Positions 8,225 to 17,764 of a stretch of 64,000 nucleotides of DNA are shown here, piece by piece. A program made the translations under genes and the position numbers. The stretch is from a virus. Numbering within the stretch: the stretch's first letter is position 1; every line of letters starts with the position of its first letter. Location: UHGV virus genome UHGV-0180032; one strand, given 5' to 3'. The notes under the pieces are model-generated. The model was given only the letters and a program-made list of their open reading frames with translations. It made no database searches and had not been told where the DNA came from.

Positions 8225-11200
8225 ATGGCAAAAGCGGTAAAGAAAATACGATTACATAATCTTAGACCATATACCGGTGATATCGGTGAAGGCGTTTTAC
8301 TTTTCTCCAAGGATGAGAAAGATTATAAGTTACCAGTCCGTGAGATCATTGCGGATATTGACACCGTACGTAATGCGGTGGCTGAAGCACAAACAGCAGC
8401 AACACAATCACAAGAAGCTGCAACGCAGGCTACACAAGCAAAGAATTTAGCAGAAACCGCAAAACAACAAACTGACACCGTTGCGGCGACGGTTGCTCAA
8501 CAAGCGCAAACTGTAACCGAAAAAGCAACTGAAGTCGGTACAAAACACACTGAAGTGTTAGCCGCGAAAACGGCGGTAGATACCCAGGTTGTGTCCGTTA
8601 ATGAGAAAGCGCAAGCGGTAGCGGCAAGTGAGGCCAACGTCACACTAGCAGAGACTGCCGTTACGAAGAAAGCAGAAGCCGTCGCCACACAAGCCGGTCA
8701 AGTCGAACAGTCGCTTACAGCAGTTAACGAAGCTGTCGCGTCGGTAGAGTCGTCAAAAGCCTCTGTAGAAGCTACAGCAACGCAAGTTACCACAGACAAA
8801 GAAACCGCAGAGAATGCGGCAACGCGTTCTGAGGCAGCCGCTAAGCGCGCAGAAGAAATCGCTGCAAAAGGTAACGTTGATGCATCAACGACCAGTAAAG
8901 GTATCGTTAAGCTTAATAATACCCTAAGCAGTGACTCTGTTACTGAAGCGGCTACGCCGTCAACGGTTAAGCAGTTAAATGAAGATTTGCAGTTAAAAGC
9001 AAACCGTCACAACCCAACATTTACTGGTACGGTAAAAGCACCAACTCCTGCTTCGGATTCTAACGACACGAGTGTCTCAACGACTGCATGGGTACGACAA
9101 GCGATTGCTGAATTAGTGGATTCTTCACCCGAGACGTTAGATACGTTATCAGAAATTGCAGCTGCGTTAGGGAACGATCCTAACTTTGCGACAACGATGA
9201 CGAACCAACTCGCGGGTAAGCAGCCGTTAAGTCCGTTACTGACAGCGATTGCCGCAGTCACCACCGCTGCAAACAAACTCCCTTACTTTACCGGTAGTAA
9301 TCAGGTAGGGTTAGCGGATTTCACCTCGACTGCGCGTGATTTGTTAGCGAAAGGGTCGACGACCGATATCATTAACTTCCTGGGTTTGAAAACCACCGTC
9401 GATAAAGCTGCGGGTGCTATGCAACGCAGTTCTAACGGTGCCGATATTCCCGACAAAGTCACCTTCGCGAAGAACATCGGGTTGTCAGCAGAGACGTACC
9501 TGAAGTACAACGGCGATATGGCGATAGACGCGGACCTTAATACCTTCGGTCCAGTCGAAGCGTCTATGGGTATTTGGTCGAAAGGCACATCTACAAACGC
9601 AACGATTGCAAAGAACTTCCCGGAAGAAAACGCAGTCGGTTATTTAGAGGTTTTTAGAGCAGGTAACTACGGCGGGAGTCAGCGTTTCACTGTACGTAAC
9701 GGTAACGTCTATACACGTCATCTTACTGCTTCATGGAATGGGACAAACGGCCCTTGGTCAGAATGGCGTAATGTTGCCGGTTCCGCCAGAACGTTGAACG
9801 AACAAAATAATCTGAATGACTTAGGCGGTGAACCCGCACTGGGTGTTTGGAGAAACAGTACAAGTACGTTAGCAACAGCTGCGCTGAATTATCCTGAGGA
9901 AGGTTCCTTTGCCCAGGGTGTATTAGAGGTCCTCAAAGGTGGTAACTACAGTTACACACAACGCTACACTACCCGTAGAGGTAATGTGTACGTTCGTTGT
10001 CTACAGGCCACGTGGGACGCTTCTAATCCGCAGTGGGAAGAATGGCGCTGTGTCGGTCATCAATCTGTCAGCGCATATTTCGAAGGCGATCTCGACACGT
10101 TAACTTCGCCTAACCGTTATAGCATTACCGACAAAGCGACTAACGTTCCTTTAATCGACGGCACTAAAATTATCGGTATCTTGGATGTCAGTCGTCGTTT
10201 TGATAACGTCAGTGTCGAACAAAAATTCACCTCGTTTGGTTCCGGTAGTAAAACCACAGGTCGCGTTTTCACTCGTGTATTCTCCGGCCAATCAAACGGT
10301 AAATGGAGTGAGTGGCGAGAGGTTTTCACCTCGTATTCACTTCCGTTAGTTTTAGGCATTGGTGGTGAAGCTGCTAAGGTTGACCCGTTAGACTGGCAAA
10401 CTTACGACTTCGTTCCTGGTCAGATGCTAACGACACCGTTGAACACCATGAAAAACATTCCTGCGGGAATGGATTGGGGTGTGATTGACGGTAACTTAGT
10501 TAACATCCTTGTCGGGCCGTCTGACGACACTGGTACCGGTCGGAGTATGTTGGTTTGGCGTAGCACGGTGTCTACTGCCAACTATCGCTTCTTTGCGGTA
10601 CGTGTCGCTGGTGAGAAGGGTAGCCGTACGATTACGCCACGTCAGATGCCTGTGTTGAACGCAGCGCACACCTGGGCAGAGAAACAGACCTTTGCAAAAG
10701 GGTTAGCAGGTGAGTTAACCGGCAATGCTTCAACCGCCACTAAGCTCCAGACTGCGCGTAGAATTGGCGGGGTCGCTTTCGACGGCAGCGGTGACATTAA
10801 CCTCCCCGGTGTTAACCAACAGGGTAATCAAAACACCACGGGTAACGCCGCGACAGCCACTAAACTTCAAACCGCCAGAAATATTAACGGTGTGAGGTTC
10901 GATGGCTCTGGAGACATCAATATCAACACCTTGGTAGGTCGTGGACGGGTTACCGCTCTGACCGGGTCGAACAAGGGTACACCTGGTATCCAGATGTACG
11001 AAGTTTACAATAATGGTTATCCAACCGCTTATGGTAACTTGCTGCACTTAGGTGGTGCTAGTGCCGTAGGCGAAGGTGAACTGTTAATCGGTTGGTCTGG
11101 CACCAGCGGTGCGCACGCGCCAGTTTTTATTCGTAGTCGCCGCGATACGGCTGACGCGCCGTGGTCAGACTGGGCACAAGTTTATACTGCCCGTGACAGT

Positions 11201-12850
11201 ATTCCTGGCGTAAATGCCACCGGTAATCAAGATACGACCGGAAACGCCGCTACCGCAACCAAATTGAAAACCGCTCGCAGAATCGGTGGTGTTACCTTTG
11301 ACGGTACTGGGGATATCAATTTACCGGGCGTAAACCAGCAAGGCAACCAGAACACGACAGGTAATGCTGCAACAGCGACTAAACTTCAGACTGCCCGAAG
11401 TATCGGTGGTGTGGCTTTTGATGGTACGAAAGACATCAGTTTACCTGGGGTAAACCAAACGGGGAATCAGTCAACTACGGGGAACGCTGCTACTGCAACG
11501 AAGTTGCAGACAGCGCGTACCATTAACGGTATCGAATTTGACGGTACTAAAAATATTGAACTGACCCCAAGAGCCATAGGCACGATTAACTCAACAACCA
11601 TGTCTTTTAATGGTGGTGCCGGATGGTTCAAGCTGGCAACTGTAACCATGCCACAAGCCAGTTCCGTGGTTTACATAAGCATGATTGGTGGTGCAGGGTA
11701 TAACGTTGGCTCCCCGCAACAAGCTGGTATCTCTGAGCTGGTCCTGCGTGCAGGAAATGGGAACCCAAAAGGTATTACTGGTGCTTTATGGCGACGGACC
11801 TCTGTTGCTTTTACTAATTTTGCATGGGTGAATACATCTGGTGACACCTATGACATTTATGTAGAAATAGGTAATTACGCAACAGGTGTTAATATCCAAT
11901 GGGATTATACAAGTGACGCCACAGTACAAATCTATACATCGCCAACTTATACATCAGATAAACCAGCTGGTCTGACTGATGGAACGGTATATGTCGTTTA
12001 CAGTTCACACATTAAACCTACTGCGAATGATGTTGGGGCGTTGCCATTATCCGGCGGCCAATTGAATGGAGCTTTGGGTATTGGAACCGCCAATGCTTTA
12101 GGTGGGAACTCCATAGTTTTAGGGGATAATGACACCGGCCTTAAGCAGAACGGGGATGGCGTTCTAGATGTTTACGCCAATAATGCTCACGTTTTACGCT
12201 TTACGAGTGGGGCTGTTCAAAGCAATAAACCTCTCAACGTTACTGGGGATATAAGAACCAATACTTGGGTTTATGCAAATAGATATTCTATTAACAGCAA
12301 CTCAGGTTCTTGGATTAGCATGAGAGACCATAACGTTATTTTTGGTCTTAATGCGGTAGGAACTAGTTCTGCTCAGGCTTTGTTAAGACAAGACCATGCT
12401 GATAGGAAATATTTTGTTGGTGGTTTAGGTAACAGTCAATTCGGCTTTTACATGATAAACAACTCACGTACTGATAATGGCACCGATGCTAATGCTTATT
12501 TGCAAAATGACGGTACTTGGGTTTGTGGTGGGAACGGTAACTTTAACGACGTTTATATACGTTCAGACGCCCGGCTGAAAAGTAATTTCTCTCCAATAAC
12601 TAATGCATTGGAGAAGGTAAAGAAATTGTCAGGTTTAATATACGACAAAAAGGAGAACTTTAAATCCACTAATGTTCATCGTGAGGCTGGCGTTGTAGCA
12701 CAGACCTTACAAAAAGTGTTACCTGAAGCAGTTTCTACTTATAAAGACGCTAATGGTGAGGACGTTTTGACGGTCTCTAATTCTGCTCAAATAGCTTTAC
12801 TTATTGAGGCAATAAAGGAGTTGGCGGAGATAATTGAGACCAAGTTATAA
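8225..12850 (+). CDS. long tail fibre protein with C-terminal intramolecular-chaperone (S74-like) domain
   Basis: 1541 aa; Ala/Thr/Gln-rich N-terminal region; five copies of a ~40-aa repeat; C-terminal SDARLKSNF...LIEAIKEL motif typical of auto-cleaving fibre chaperone domains. Confidence 0.9.
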   Translation: MAKAVKKIRLHNLRPYTGDIGEGVLLFSKDEKDYKLPVREIIADIDTVRNAVAEAQTAATQSQEAATQATQAKNLAETAKQQTDTVAATVAQQAQTVTEKATEVGTKHTEVLAAKTAVDTQVVSVNEKAQAVAASEANVTLAETAVTKKAEAVATQAGQVEQSLTAVNEAVASVESSKASVEATATQVTTDKETAENAATRSEAAAKRAEEIAAKGNVDASTTSKGIVKLNNTLSSDSVTEAATPSTVKQLNEDLQLKANRHNPTFTGTVKAPTPASDSNDTSVSTTAWVRQAIAELVDSSPETLDTLSEIAAALGNDPNFATTMTNQLAGKQPLSPLLTAIAAVTTAANKLPYFTGSNQVGLADFTSTARDLLAKGSTTDIINFLGLKTTVDKAAGAMQRSSNGADIPDKVTFAKNIGLSAETYLKYNGDMAIDADLNTFGPVEASMGIWSKGTSTNATIAKNFPEENAVGYLEVFRAGNYGGSQRFTVRNGNVYTRHLTASWNGTNGPWSEWRNVAGSARTLNEQNNLNDLGGEPALGVWRNSTSTLATAALNYPEEGSFAQGVLEVLKGGNYSYTQRYTTRRGNVYVRCLQATWDASNPQWEEWRCVGHQSVSAYFEGDLDTLTSPNRYSITDKATNVPLIDGTKIIGILDVSRRFDNVSVEQKFTSFGSGSKTTGRVFTRVFSGQSNGKWSEWREVFTSYSLPLVLGIGGEAAKVDPLDWQTYDFVPGQMLTTPLNTMKNIPAGMDWGVIDGNLVNILVGPSDDTGTGRSMLVWRSTVSTANYRFFAVRVAGEKGSRTITPRQMPVLNAAHTWAEKQTFAKGLAGELTGNASTATKLQTARRIGGVAFDGSGDINLPGVNQQGNQNTTGNAATATKLQTARNINGVRFDGSGDININTLVGRGRVTALTGSNKGTPGIQMYEVYNNGYPTAYGNLLHLGGASAVGEGELLIGWSGTSGAHAPVFIRSRRDTADAPWSDWAQVYTARDSIPGVNATGNQDTTGNAATATKLKTARRIGGVTFDGTGDINLPGVNQQGNQNTTGNAATATKLQTARSIGGVAFDGTKDISLPGVNQTGNQSTTGNAATATKLQTARTINGIEFDGTKNIELTPRAIGTINSTTMSFNGGAGWFKLATVTMPQASSVVYISMIGGAGYNVGSPQQAGISELVLRAGNGNPKGITGALWRRTSVAFTNFAWVNTSGDTYDIYVEIGNYATGVNIQWDYTSDATVQIYTSPTYTSDKPAGLTDGTVYVVYSSHIKPTANDVGALPLSGGQLNGALGIGTANALGGNSIVLGDNDTGLKQNGDGVLDVYANNAHVLRFTSGAVQSNKPLNVTGDIRTNTWVYANRYSINSNSGSWISMRDHNVIFGLNAVGTSSAQALLRQDHADRKYFVGGLGNSQFGFYMINNSRTDNGTDANAYLQNDGTWVCGGNGNFNDVYIRSDARLKSNFSPITNALEKVKKLSGLIYDKKENFKSTNVHREAGVVAQTLQKVLPEAVSTYKDANGEDVLTVSNSAQIALLIEAIKELAEIIETKL
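10722..11575 (+). repeat. phage tail-fibre repeats (about five copies) inside the fibre CDS
   Basis: Repeated unit GNQ(N/D)TTGNAATATKLQTAR-I-G(V)-FDG-GDI-LPGVNQ seen directly in the translation. Confidence 0.6.
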
Positions 12851-12854
12851 TTAT

Positions 12855-12877
12855 CAGTGAGGGGGAACCCCTCACTG
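12855..12877 (+). promoter_or_regulatory. intergenic stem-loop between fibre and adhesin genes
   Basis: 10-bp perfect stem cagtgagggg/cccctcactg, loop gaa; no T-run after it. Confidence 0.35.
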
Positions 12878-12897
12878 ACTCACAAGTACGTTATAAG

Positions 12898-13689
12898 GTG
12901 GTTATTTTGTCTGTATCAGCGACTCCCGGATGGATTGGTTCTTCAGCAAAAGCTGAAGCTGGTGACGGTTGGATGTCTGGCGCGATGCGCACACTTGGTG
13001 TGCCGGTTCCAGGCTGGATGTCGCAATTGGCGGGAAAATCAAAAGAGGCTCAGTATTCGATCGGGGCTAATCACAATTACAATAAAGATACGCTTATTAA
13101 CTATTTACGTTCCATAGGCTCTACTGCTGTCGTTGTGACCATTACAGGGGATTTAGTGTCTTATAGTAGCGGGGTTCCTTGTTTAGAGTTCCCTAGCAAT
13201 CTTCCAAATTCGTATATTACCCTCATCATCAATCCTGGGGTTACAGTATACGGCAGAGGAGGCAACGGCGGTTCTAACTCACCAGGCGGTGCAGGTGGAA
13301 CCGCAATACAGAACGGAATAGGAAACAGACTGCGTATAACCAACCGTGGCGCTATTGCCGGAGGCGGTGGCGGCGGTGGCGGCGGTAACAGGGGTAGACT
13401 AGTATTTGGTGGTGGCGGTGGTCGCCCATTCGGTGCTGGTGGGTCTTCCTCTCATATGAGTTCCGGTGCGGCTGCTGGTACTATTTCCGCTCCTGGTAGA
13501 GGATCTGTTGGTGAGGGGTCTCTTAGTGCATATACAGGCGGTTCGGGTGGTAATGTCGGTGCTGGTGGAGGAAGATGTAATACTCATGGTAACGGTACAG
13601 AATATAACGGCGGAGCAGCTGGTGCAGCTGTTACTGGTAATGCGCCAAGATGGGACGCAGTAGGTGCAATATACGGTTCACGTGTTTAA
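12898..13689 (+). CDS. gp38-like tail-fibre tip adhesin (T2-type, glycine-rich)
   Basis: N-terminal PGWIGSSAKAEAGDGWMS...PGWMSQLAG; poly-Gly blocks (GGGGGGGGG, FGGGGGRPFGAGGSSSHMSSG); C-terminal TGNAPRWDAVGAIYGSRV; matches my recollection of T2/T6 gp38. Confidence 0.75.
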   Translation: MVILSVSATPGWIGSSAKAEAGDGWMSGAMRTLGVPVPGWMSQLAGKSKEAQYSIGANHNYNKDTLINYLRSIGSTAVVVTITGDLVSYSSGVPCLEFPSNLPNSYITLIINPGVTVYGRGGNGGSNSPGGAGGTAIQNGIGNRLRITNRGAIAGGGGGGGGGNRGRLVFGGGGGRPFGAGGSSSHMSSGAAAGTISAPGRGSVGEGSLSAYTGGSGGNVGAGGGRCNTHGNGTEYNGGAAGAAVTGNAPRWDAVGAIYGSRV

Positions 13690-13705
13690 TTAAAAAAGAG
13701 GGTAG

Positions 13706-14218
13706 ATGGGGGTAGCGTCAGGATGGGTCGGTTCTTCGGCCAAGAGTGAAACGGGCGAACAATGGATGAGCGCTGCTGGTAGTAAATTAGGATTGGGTAG
13801 ACCTTTTATGATGAGCCAAATGGTAGGCAGGTCTGTAGGTTGCAAAATAGCAACAGCTTATTATAAAACGTCAAATACTGATAAGGTAGAGAACTGGGGT
13901 GCTGTCGGAGCCGATTGGCCGTTGGTAGATAAGAACAAAGGAACGCTTTCTGGTGCCTCGAACTGTGGCTTAGGACGTTTAGTGGGGATCGTACTTACGC
14001 AAGCTCACTACGTTGCCGGTGTTCCGCCTACTGCCGCTTTATATATTTCTGGCGGACGGGCGAGTAACATTACGGTGACGGTTGGTGGTGTTTCGCAAGC
14101 ATTTACTTACAATAGTGTTACTAACGGTTTTCACTATTATTGGCAAGGAACACCGAGTTCGGCCTTTATAGCGGCAATGAAGAAGACGGGTGTTACACAA
14201 GATTTGAAAATTAGCTAA
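13706..14218 (+). CDS. second gp38-like protein: conserved N-terminal module with a different, non-glycine-rich C-terminal domain
   Basis: N-terminus GWVGSSAKSETGEQWMS aligns with 12898 product; remainder unrelated. Confidence 0.6.
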   Translation: MGVASGWVGSSAKSETGEQWMSAAGSKLGLGRPFMMSQMVGRSVGCKIATAYYKTSNTDKVENWGAVGADWPLVDKNKGTLSGASNCGLGRLVGIVLTQAHYVAGVPPTAALYISGGRASNITVTVGGVSQAFTYNSVTNGFHYYWQGTPSSAFIAAMKKTGVTQDLKIS

Positions 14219-14303
14219 CTAATTGGGGTAAAACGATAACCAAAATTAGTAAAATAAGAATTCGTAATTCAATAATTTTTTATAGAAAGGTTGATTTATT
14301 AGA

Positions 14304-14354
14304 ATCGGGGGGGGGGTGAAATGTTTTTAGCCAACATTTTATGTCTCCCCAATC
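14304..14354 (+). promoter_or_regulatory. G-tract hairpin element, copy 2
   Basis: atc-G10-...-CCCC-aatc with an internal sub-hairpin; just upstream of SD/GTG of 14372 gene. Confidence 0.35.
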
Positions 14355-14371
14355 ATAGGAGGTAACCATAC

Positions 14372-14884
14372 GTGGAACAATTCACGCCTGATTTGTCCTT
14401 AACTTCACTTAACATGGTTATTTCACTGGTTAACCATGACCTCCAGCTCGACTTGCAAGAGAACGAGGTTGAAGTCAGCGACGTAAAGACCAGTGACGAA
14501 ATGGATCGTGACACCACTGCTGTTGTAAAGATAAAACGTCCCGGTAACAGAACGTTACAAATCTATTACAACCGTTTAACCGCAGAACGTTGGTTAAACC
14601 AGCAACCTATTCTGGTACAAGTAGCTGGAGAGGGGTTTAACACACACGATTTAATCGACGGGATTAACGCAGCCTGTGGCAGTAACCTGCAACCTGAAGA
14701 TCTTCAGGACGATTCATTTACAGTAGGAAAAGACGCTGTAACGTTACAGGTATCACCTAACTCCCTAAGTTATAAAGGCCAATTCTCTGTTTTGGTTTTT
14801 GGTAACGGTGAAGAAGCCGCAGTAACAAAAGATGACAACCTAATCGTTACCGCAGATAATCGCGTCTTAACCTTTGGTGGTTAA
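14372..14884 (+). CDS. hypothetical protein, paralog of 4151..4714 product
   Basis: Track ORF, GTG start after aggagg SD; shared PDLSLTS...LVNHD...YY(D/N)RL...CG(T/S)NLQPEDL. Confidence 0.55.
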   Translation: MEQFTPDLSLTSLNMVISLVNHDLQLDLQENEVEVSDVKTSDEMDRDTTAVVKIKRPGNRTLQIYYNRLTAERWLNQQPILVQVAGEGFNTHDLIDGINAACGSNLQPEDLQDDSFTVGKDAVTLQVSPNSLSYKGQFSVLVFGNGEEAAVTKDDNLIVTADNRVLTFGG

Positions 14885-14981
14885 TAGTGGCTGACACGAG
14901 CTACCATCACTTTCAGAAGACATCACTATTAAGCGTCTTACAGGGACAACGCTTTCTCAGAACGGAATGAAATAAATATTA

Positions 14982-15029
14982 GGTAGTAGGGGCTAAGCCC
15001 CTACTACCTTTCTTTTTTTTTATTTTTTC
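14982..15029 (+). terminator. intrinsic terminator
   Basis: Stem ggtagtagggg/cccctactacc, loop ctaag, followed by long T-run. Confidence 0.65.
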
Positions 15030-15074
15030 TCAGATATATATTACCTAGAGGAGAGCGAAATTTACATTCGCTCT
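15028..15074 (+). promoter_or_regulatory. conserved promoter-like box plus stem-loop, copy A
   Basis: tctcagatatatattacctagaggagag followed by hairpin agagcg/cgctct; near-identical box at 18331 and 54431. Confidence 0.45.
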
Positions 15075-15182
15075 ATTAGTTATAGCCGAAAGGAGGATTA
15101 GTTCTATCACCCGCATTATCTGTTCTGGTGAATTGGGCGAAGATAAATTAGTTGAAGATTACATTAAGAAGGAAGGGCAATT

Positions 15183-15626
15183 ATGAAACCAAATACTACT
15201 AACGGCATTATGCTACTTTGTGATTCTGAAACGTTAGCAAATCGTATTCGTGGTTTGATGGAAGTACGTTGGAAGCAAAAGGTTCGCGTGGACTATGCTG
15301 CCCCGTTTGTTCACGTTACTTGGTTACCAGAAGCTGACGATTTTAGAGAAAAAATAACCACGAGAAGAATTAAAGATTGGTTATCAGCAATCATTAATAA
15401 ACAGATTACCGTTATCAATTTCCAACTTTTCGGTACCGCTGAAGAACATGAAATCTTGAAACAGTGTTTAAGAGCATTGGCTCTTTCCTTCTCTGTTCGT
15501 GGAAACTGTTACACGACTTATTTTATCGGTTCGCTTGAACTGTTTAAGAATACGCTAATGCTTCAGCTAAAAGACGACTACAAACTTTTAGATAAAATCG
15601 ATTTCGAATTCCCAGCAATGATTTAA
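15183..15626 (+). CDS. hypothetical protein (147 aa)
   Basis: Track ORF; SD aaggaagg. Confidence 0.6.
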   Translation: MKPNTTNGIMLLCDSETLANRIRGLMEVRWKQKVRVDYAAPFVHVTWLPEADDFREKITTRRIKDWLSAIINKQITVINFQLFGTAEEHEILKQCLRALALSFSVRGNCYTTYFIGSLELFKNTLMLQLKDDYKLLDKIDFEFPAMI

Positions 15627-15636
15627 GGAGTATAAA

Positions 15637-16164
15637 ATGCATCAGAAATTAATGACTAGTAACAAAGTTCTCCGTTTTAACCAACGTGAGTTAGAAATTG
15701 GCGGAGAACGAATTGGTCGAGTTCGTAATCTTTTAACTGTGTTAGGTTTGGTCGGCGTTACATTTACATACACCGGTAAAATTCTTTACGCGACCTGGGC
15801 TTCATGCGAAAGTGACGCTACCTACGATAAAATTCTCGATGGTATTAAAGACGGCTCGGTTTATTGTAATGTTTTCCGTGGCGTTTCGTACATCGCTGGC
15901 GATAAGTTAATGGATAAACTGAAAGCCAAATACGGAGACGGTATTATCACCACCATCTTCTTTGGTGGCGATATGCTAATCGTAACGAAAAAGGAAATTA
16001 GTCTGGAACTTCAAAGTGATGTAAACTACGAACTTCAGATTGGTCCACAATTTAGCTGTAGAATTAATGTTGTTGTCGGTAAAGATGATTTCTACGATGA
16101 AGACGAGTCAGTAGAAATTCGAAAAATTGCGAGTCGCTACATGGATTCTATTTTCCGTAGTTAA
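15637..16164 (+). CDS. hypothetical protein (175 aa)
   Basis: Track ORF; SD aaggag. Confidence 0.6.
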   Translation: MHQKLMTSNKVLRFNQRELEIGGERIGRVRNLLTVLGLVGVTFTYTGKILYATWASCESDATYDKILDGIKDGSVYCNVFRGVSYIAGDKLMDKLKAKYGDGIITTIFFGGDMLIVTKKEISLELQSDVNYELQIGPQFSCRINVVVGKDDFYDEDESVEIRKIASRYMDSIFRS

Positions 16165-16220
16165 TAATCAAAAAGGGCTGTAAGTCCCCCACATAGAGTA
16201 AATCCCTAAAGGAGCATTAA

Positions 16221-16736
16221 ATGTCTGTAACAATCAACATGAATCTTTATACCAAACGTGAACGTCAAATCTTGGCTAATCAGCCAGGCGTTACTACTAT
16301 TGACGGTAAACCTATCGACCCATTAAAAGTTGTCGTCGCACACAACTGTCTCGAGAAAGACTGGGACATCATGTATTTCCGTTGCCGTTCTGTCGCCAAC
16401 GCACTTACCCAGCTCTCGAATTATCATCCTGGCCCAGTATTAAAAGACTGGGTTTGGTTAGTCCCTAAAACACCTTCAGCGATTGAGTATCCGTCGGGTA
16501 TGGTCTATATTCGTCCTGTCGCTTATCCAGAACGTTTAAAAGAATATCTGGAGGTTATCTGGGACCGACCTCGTAAAGAGCTGGTGACGATTATCCGTTT
16601 ACTTCAAATGTGCGATATCCCCAATGTTTCGAATCTGAAACTTACGTCTCGCGATGTTAACCAGGCTTACTGGGAACTGGAGTGGACTGAAATGAAATTC
16701 GAAAACACTAACCGCATCTTCTTGCACCGGGGGTAA
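16221..16736 (+). CDS. hypothetical protein (171 aa)
   Basis: Track ORF; SD aaggag. Confidence 0.6.
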   Translation: MSVTINMNLYTKRERQILANQPGVTTIDGKPIDPLKVVVAHNCLEKDWDIMYFRCRSVANALTQLSNYHPGPVLKDWVWLVPKTPSAIEYPSGMVYIRPVAYPERLKEYLEVIWDRPRKELVTIIRLLQMCDIPNVSNLKLTSRDVNQAYWELEWTEMKFENTNRIFLHRG

Positions 16737-16738
16737 AA

Positions 16739-17020
16739 ATGTTAGATTGGTTGTTGGGATTAATTAACTCACGTCAACAGGAGCTTTATAAAGAAAACAT
16801 GCGATTACGGCAGGAGCTTAGTAACAATCGCCAAACCAAACGCCAATTAATTCGGATGGTAAAACAACAGGCACGTTGTATACGTGATATCGATTATCAG
16901 TATCACCGCCTGAATACCTTAGACCCAACAACAAAAGCTTTAGGCAGTACGATTGGACACGCACGGAAAGTCAGTCACGATGCGTTAGTTCGAATCGACA
17001 CAATAGAAGAGAAACTGTGA
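16739..17020 (+). CDS. hypothetical coiled-coil protein (93 aa)
   Basis: Track ORF; heptad-like Leu/Gln/Arg-rich sequence. Confidence 0.5.
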   Translation: MLDWLLGLINSRQQELYKENMRLRQELSNNRQTKRQLIRMVKQQARCIRDIDYQYHRLNTLDPTTKALGSTIGHARKVSHDALVRIDTIEEKL

Positions 17021-17025
17021 TTAGC

Positions 17026-17050
17026 TCTCCCTCGGGATTACCGAGGGAGA
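17026..17050 (+). promoter_or_regulatory. intergenic stem-loop (not followed by T-run)
   Basis: Perfect 10-bp stem tctccctcgg/ccgagggaga, loop gatta. Confidence 0.35.
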
Positions 17051-17063
17051 TAAGGCGATTTAC

Positions 17064-17453
17064 ATGATGCGTTTATCTTACATTAAAAGACGTTTGTTAC
17101 TAAAAGCTCAACTGTATGCTAACGGGAAAGTTAAAAACTGGCTATGCGGTGAAAGGGTACAACGTATCGTCAGTGAGGGCGACTGGTATACGGAAATCGT
17201 GGTTTCCCCAAATGGCGAGCTTATAAACGTTACCATTCGTGACGTTTTAGTTAAGATTGGCAGGGAAGGTGGTCTGCTGTTTGAATCGGAAACTACAAAA
17301 GTCGTTGCTAAACAATTGAAAGAAGGTCGGGTTATATTCAATATCACCGCCCAGAAATATTACGACCATTTATTCGAATGTCAACGAGCATTAGACAGAA
17401 TGACCCGTGAGATGCGAAGAATGCACATCACGGAGATCACTATAGGGGTTTAA
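17064..17453 (+). CDS. hypothetical protein (129 aa)
   Basis: Track ORF. Confidence 0.55.
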   Translation: MMRLSYIKRRLLLKAQLYANGKVKNWLCGERVQRIVSEGDWYTEIVVSPNGELINVTIRDVLVKIGREGGLLFESETTKVVAKQLKEGRVIFNITAQKYYDHLFECQRALDRMTREMRRMHITEITIGV

Positions 17454-17764
17454 TGATGGAAAGTAAAATCACGAACACAACGACACCTGAGAACATTGTC
17501 AACTACATTCTCAGTGGCGGATTGTTAGAAGACAACAAAGAAACGTGTGATAAACTCGTTTCTCAACTTCTGCCGATTCGTTCAGAATACTGCGAAGTCG
17601 TTATCCTGGGTTCGGAGTATTGCGTACGTTCTTACTGTCGTCGTTTCGAAGCCTTACGCGTTCCACGTACGTTAGGTGGTGTGATACTCTTGGTCTCTAA
17701 CTTTCACAATGCACACGTTCGTGTTGCAACCTGGATTGCCAACGGTGGTGACAATGGTTTTTAA
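17453..17764 (+). CDS. hypothetical protein (103 aa)
   Basis: Track ORF; start overlaps upstream stop. Confidence 0.55.
   Translation: MMESKITNTTTPENIVNYILSGGLLEDNKETCDKLVSQLLPIRSEYCEVVILGSEYCVRSYCRRFEALRVPRTLGGVILLVSNFHNAHVRVATWIANGGDNGF

Noticed and set aside
12857-13117. Track ORF overlapping the start of the gp38-like adhesin gene
   Set aside because: Its first 20 nt coincide with the intergenic hairpin 12855-12877 and it runs in an alternative frame over the well-supported adhesin gene; product is low-complexity.
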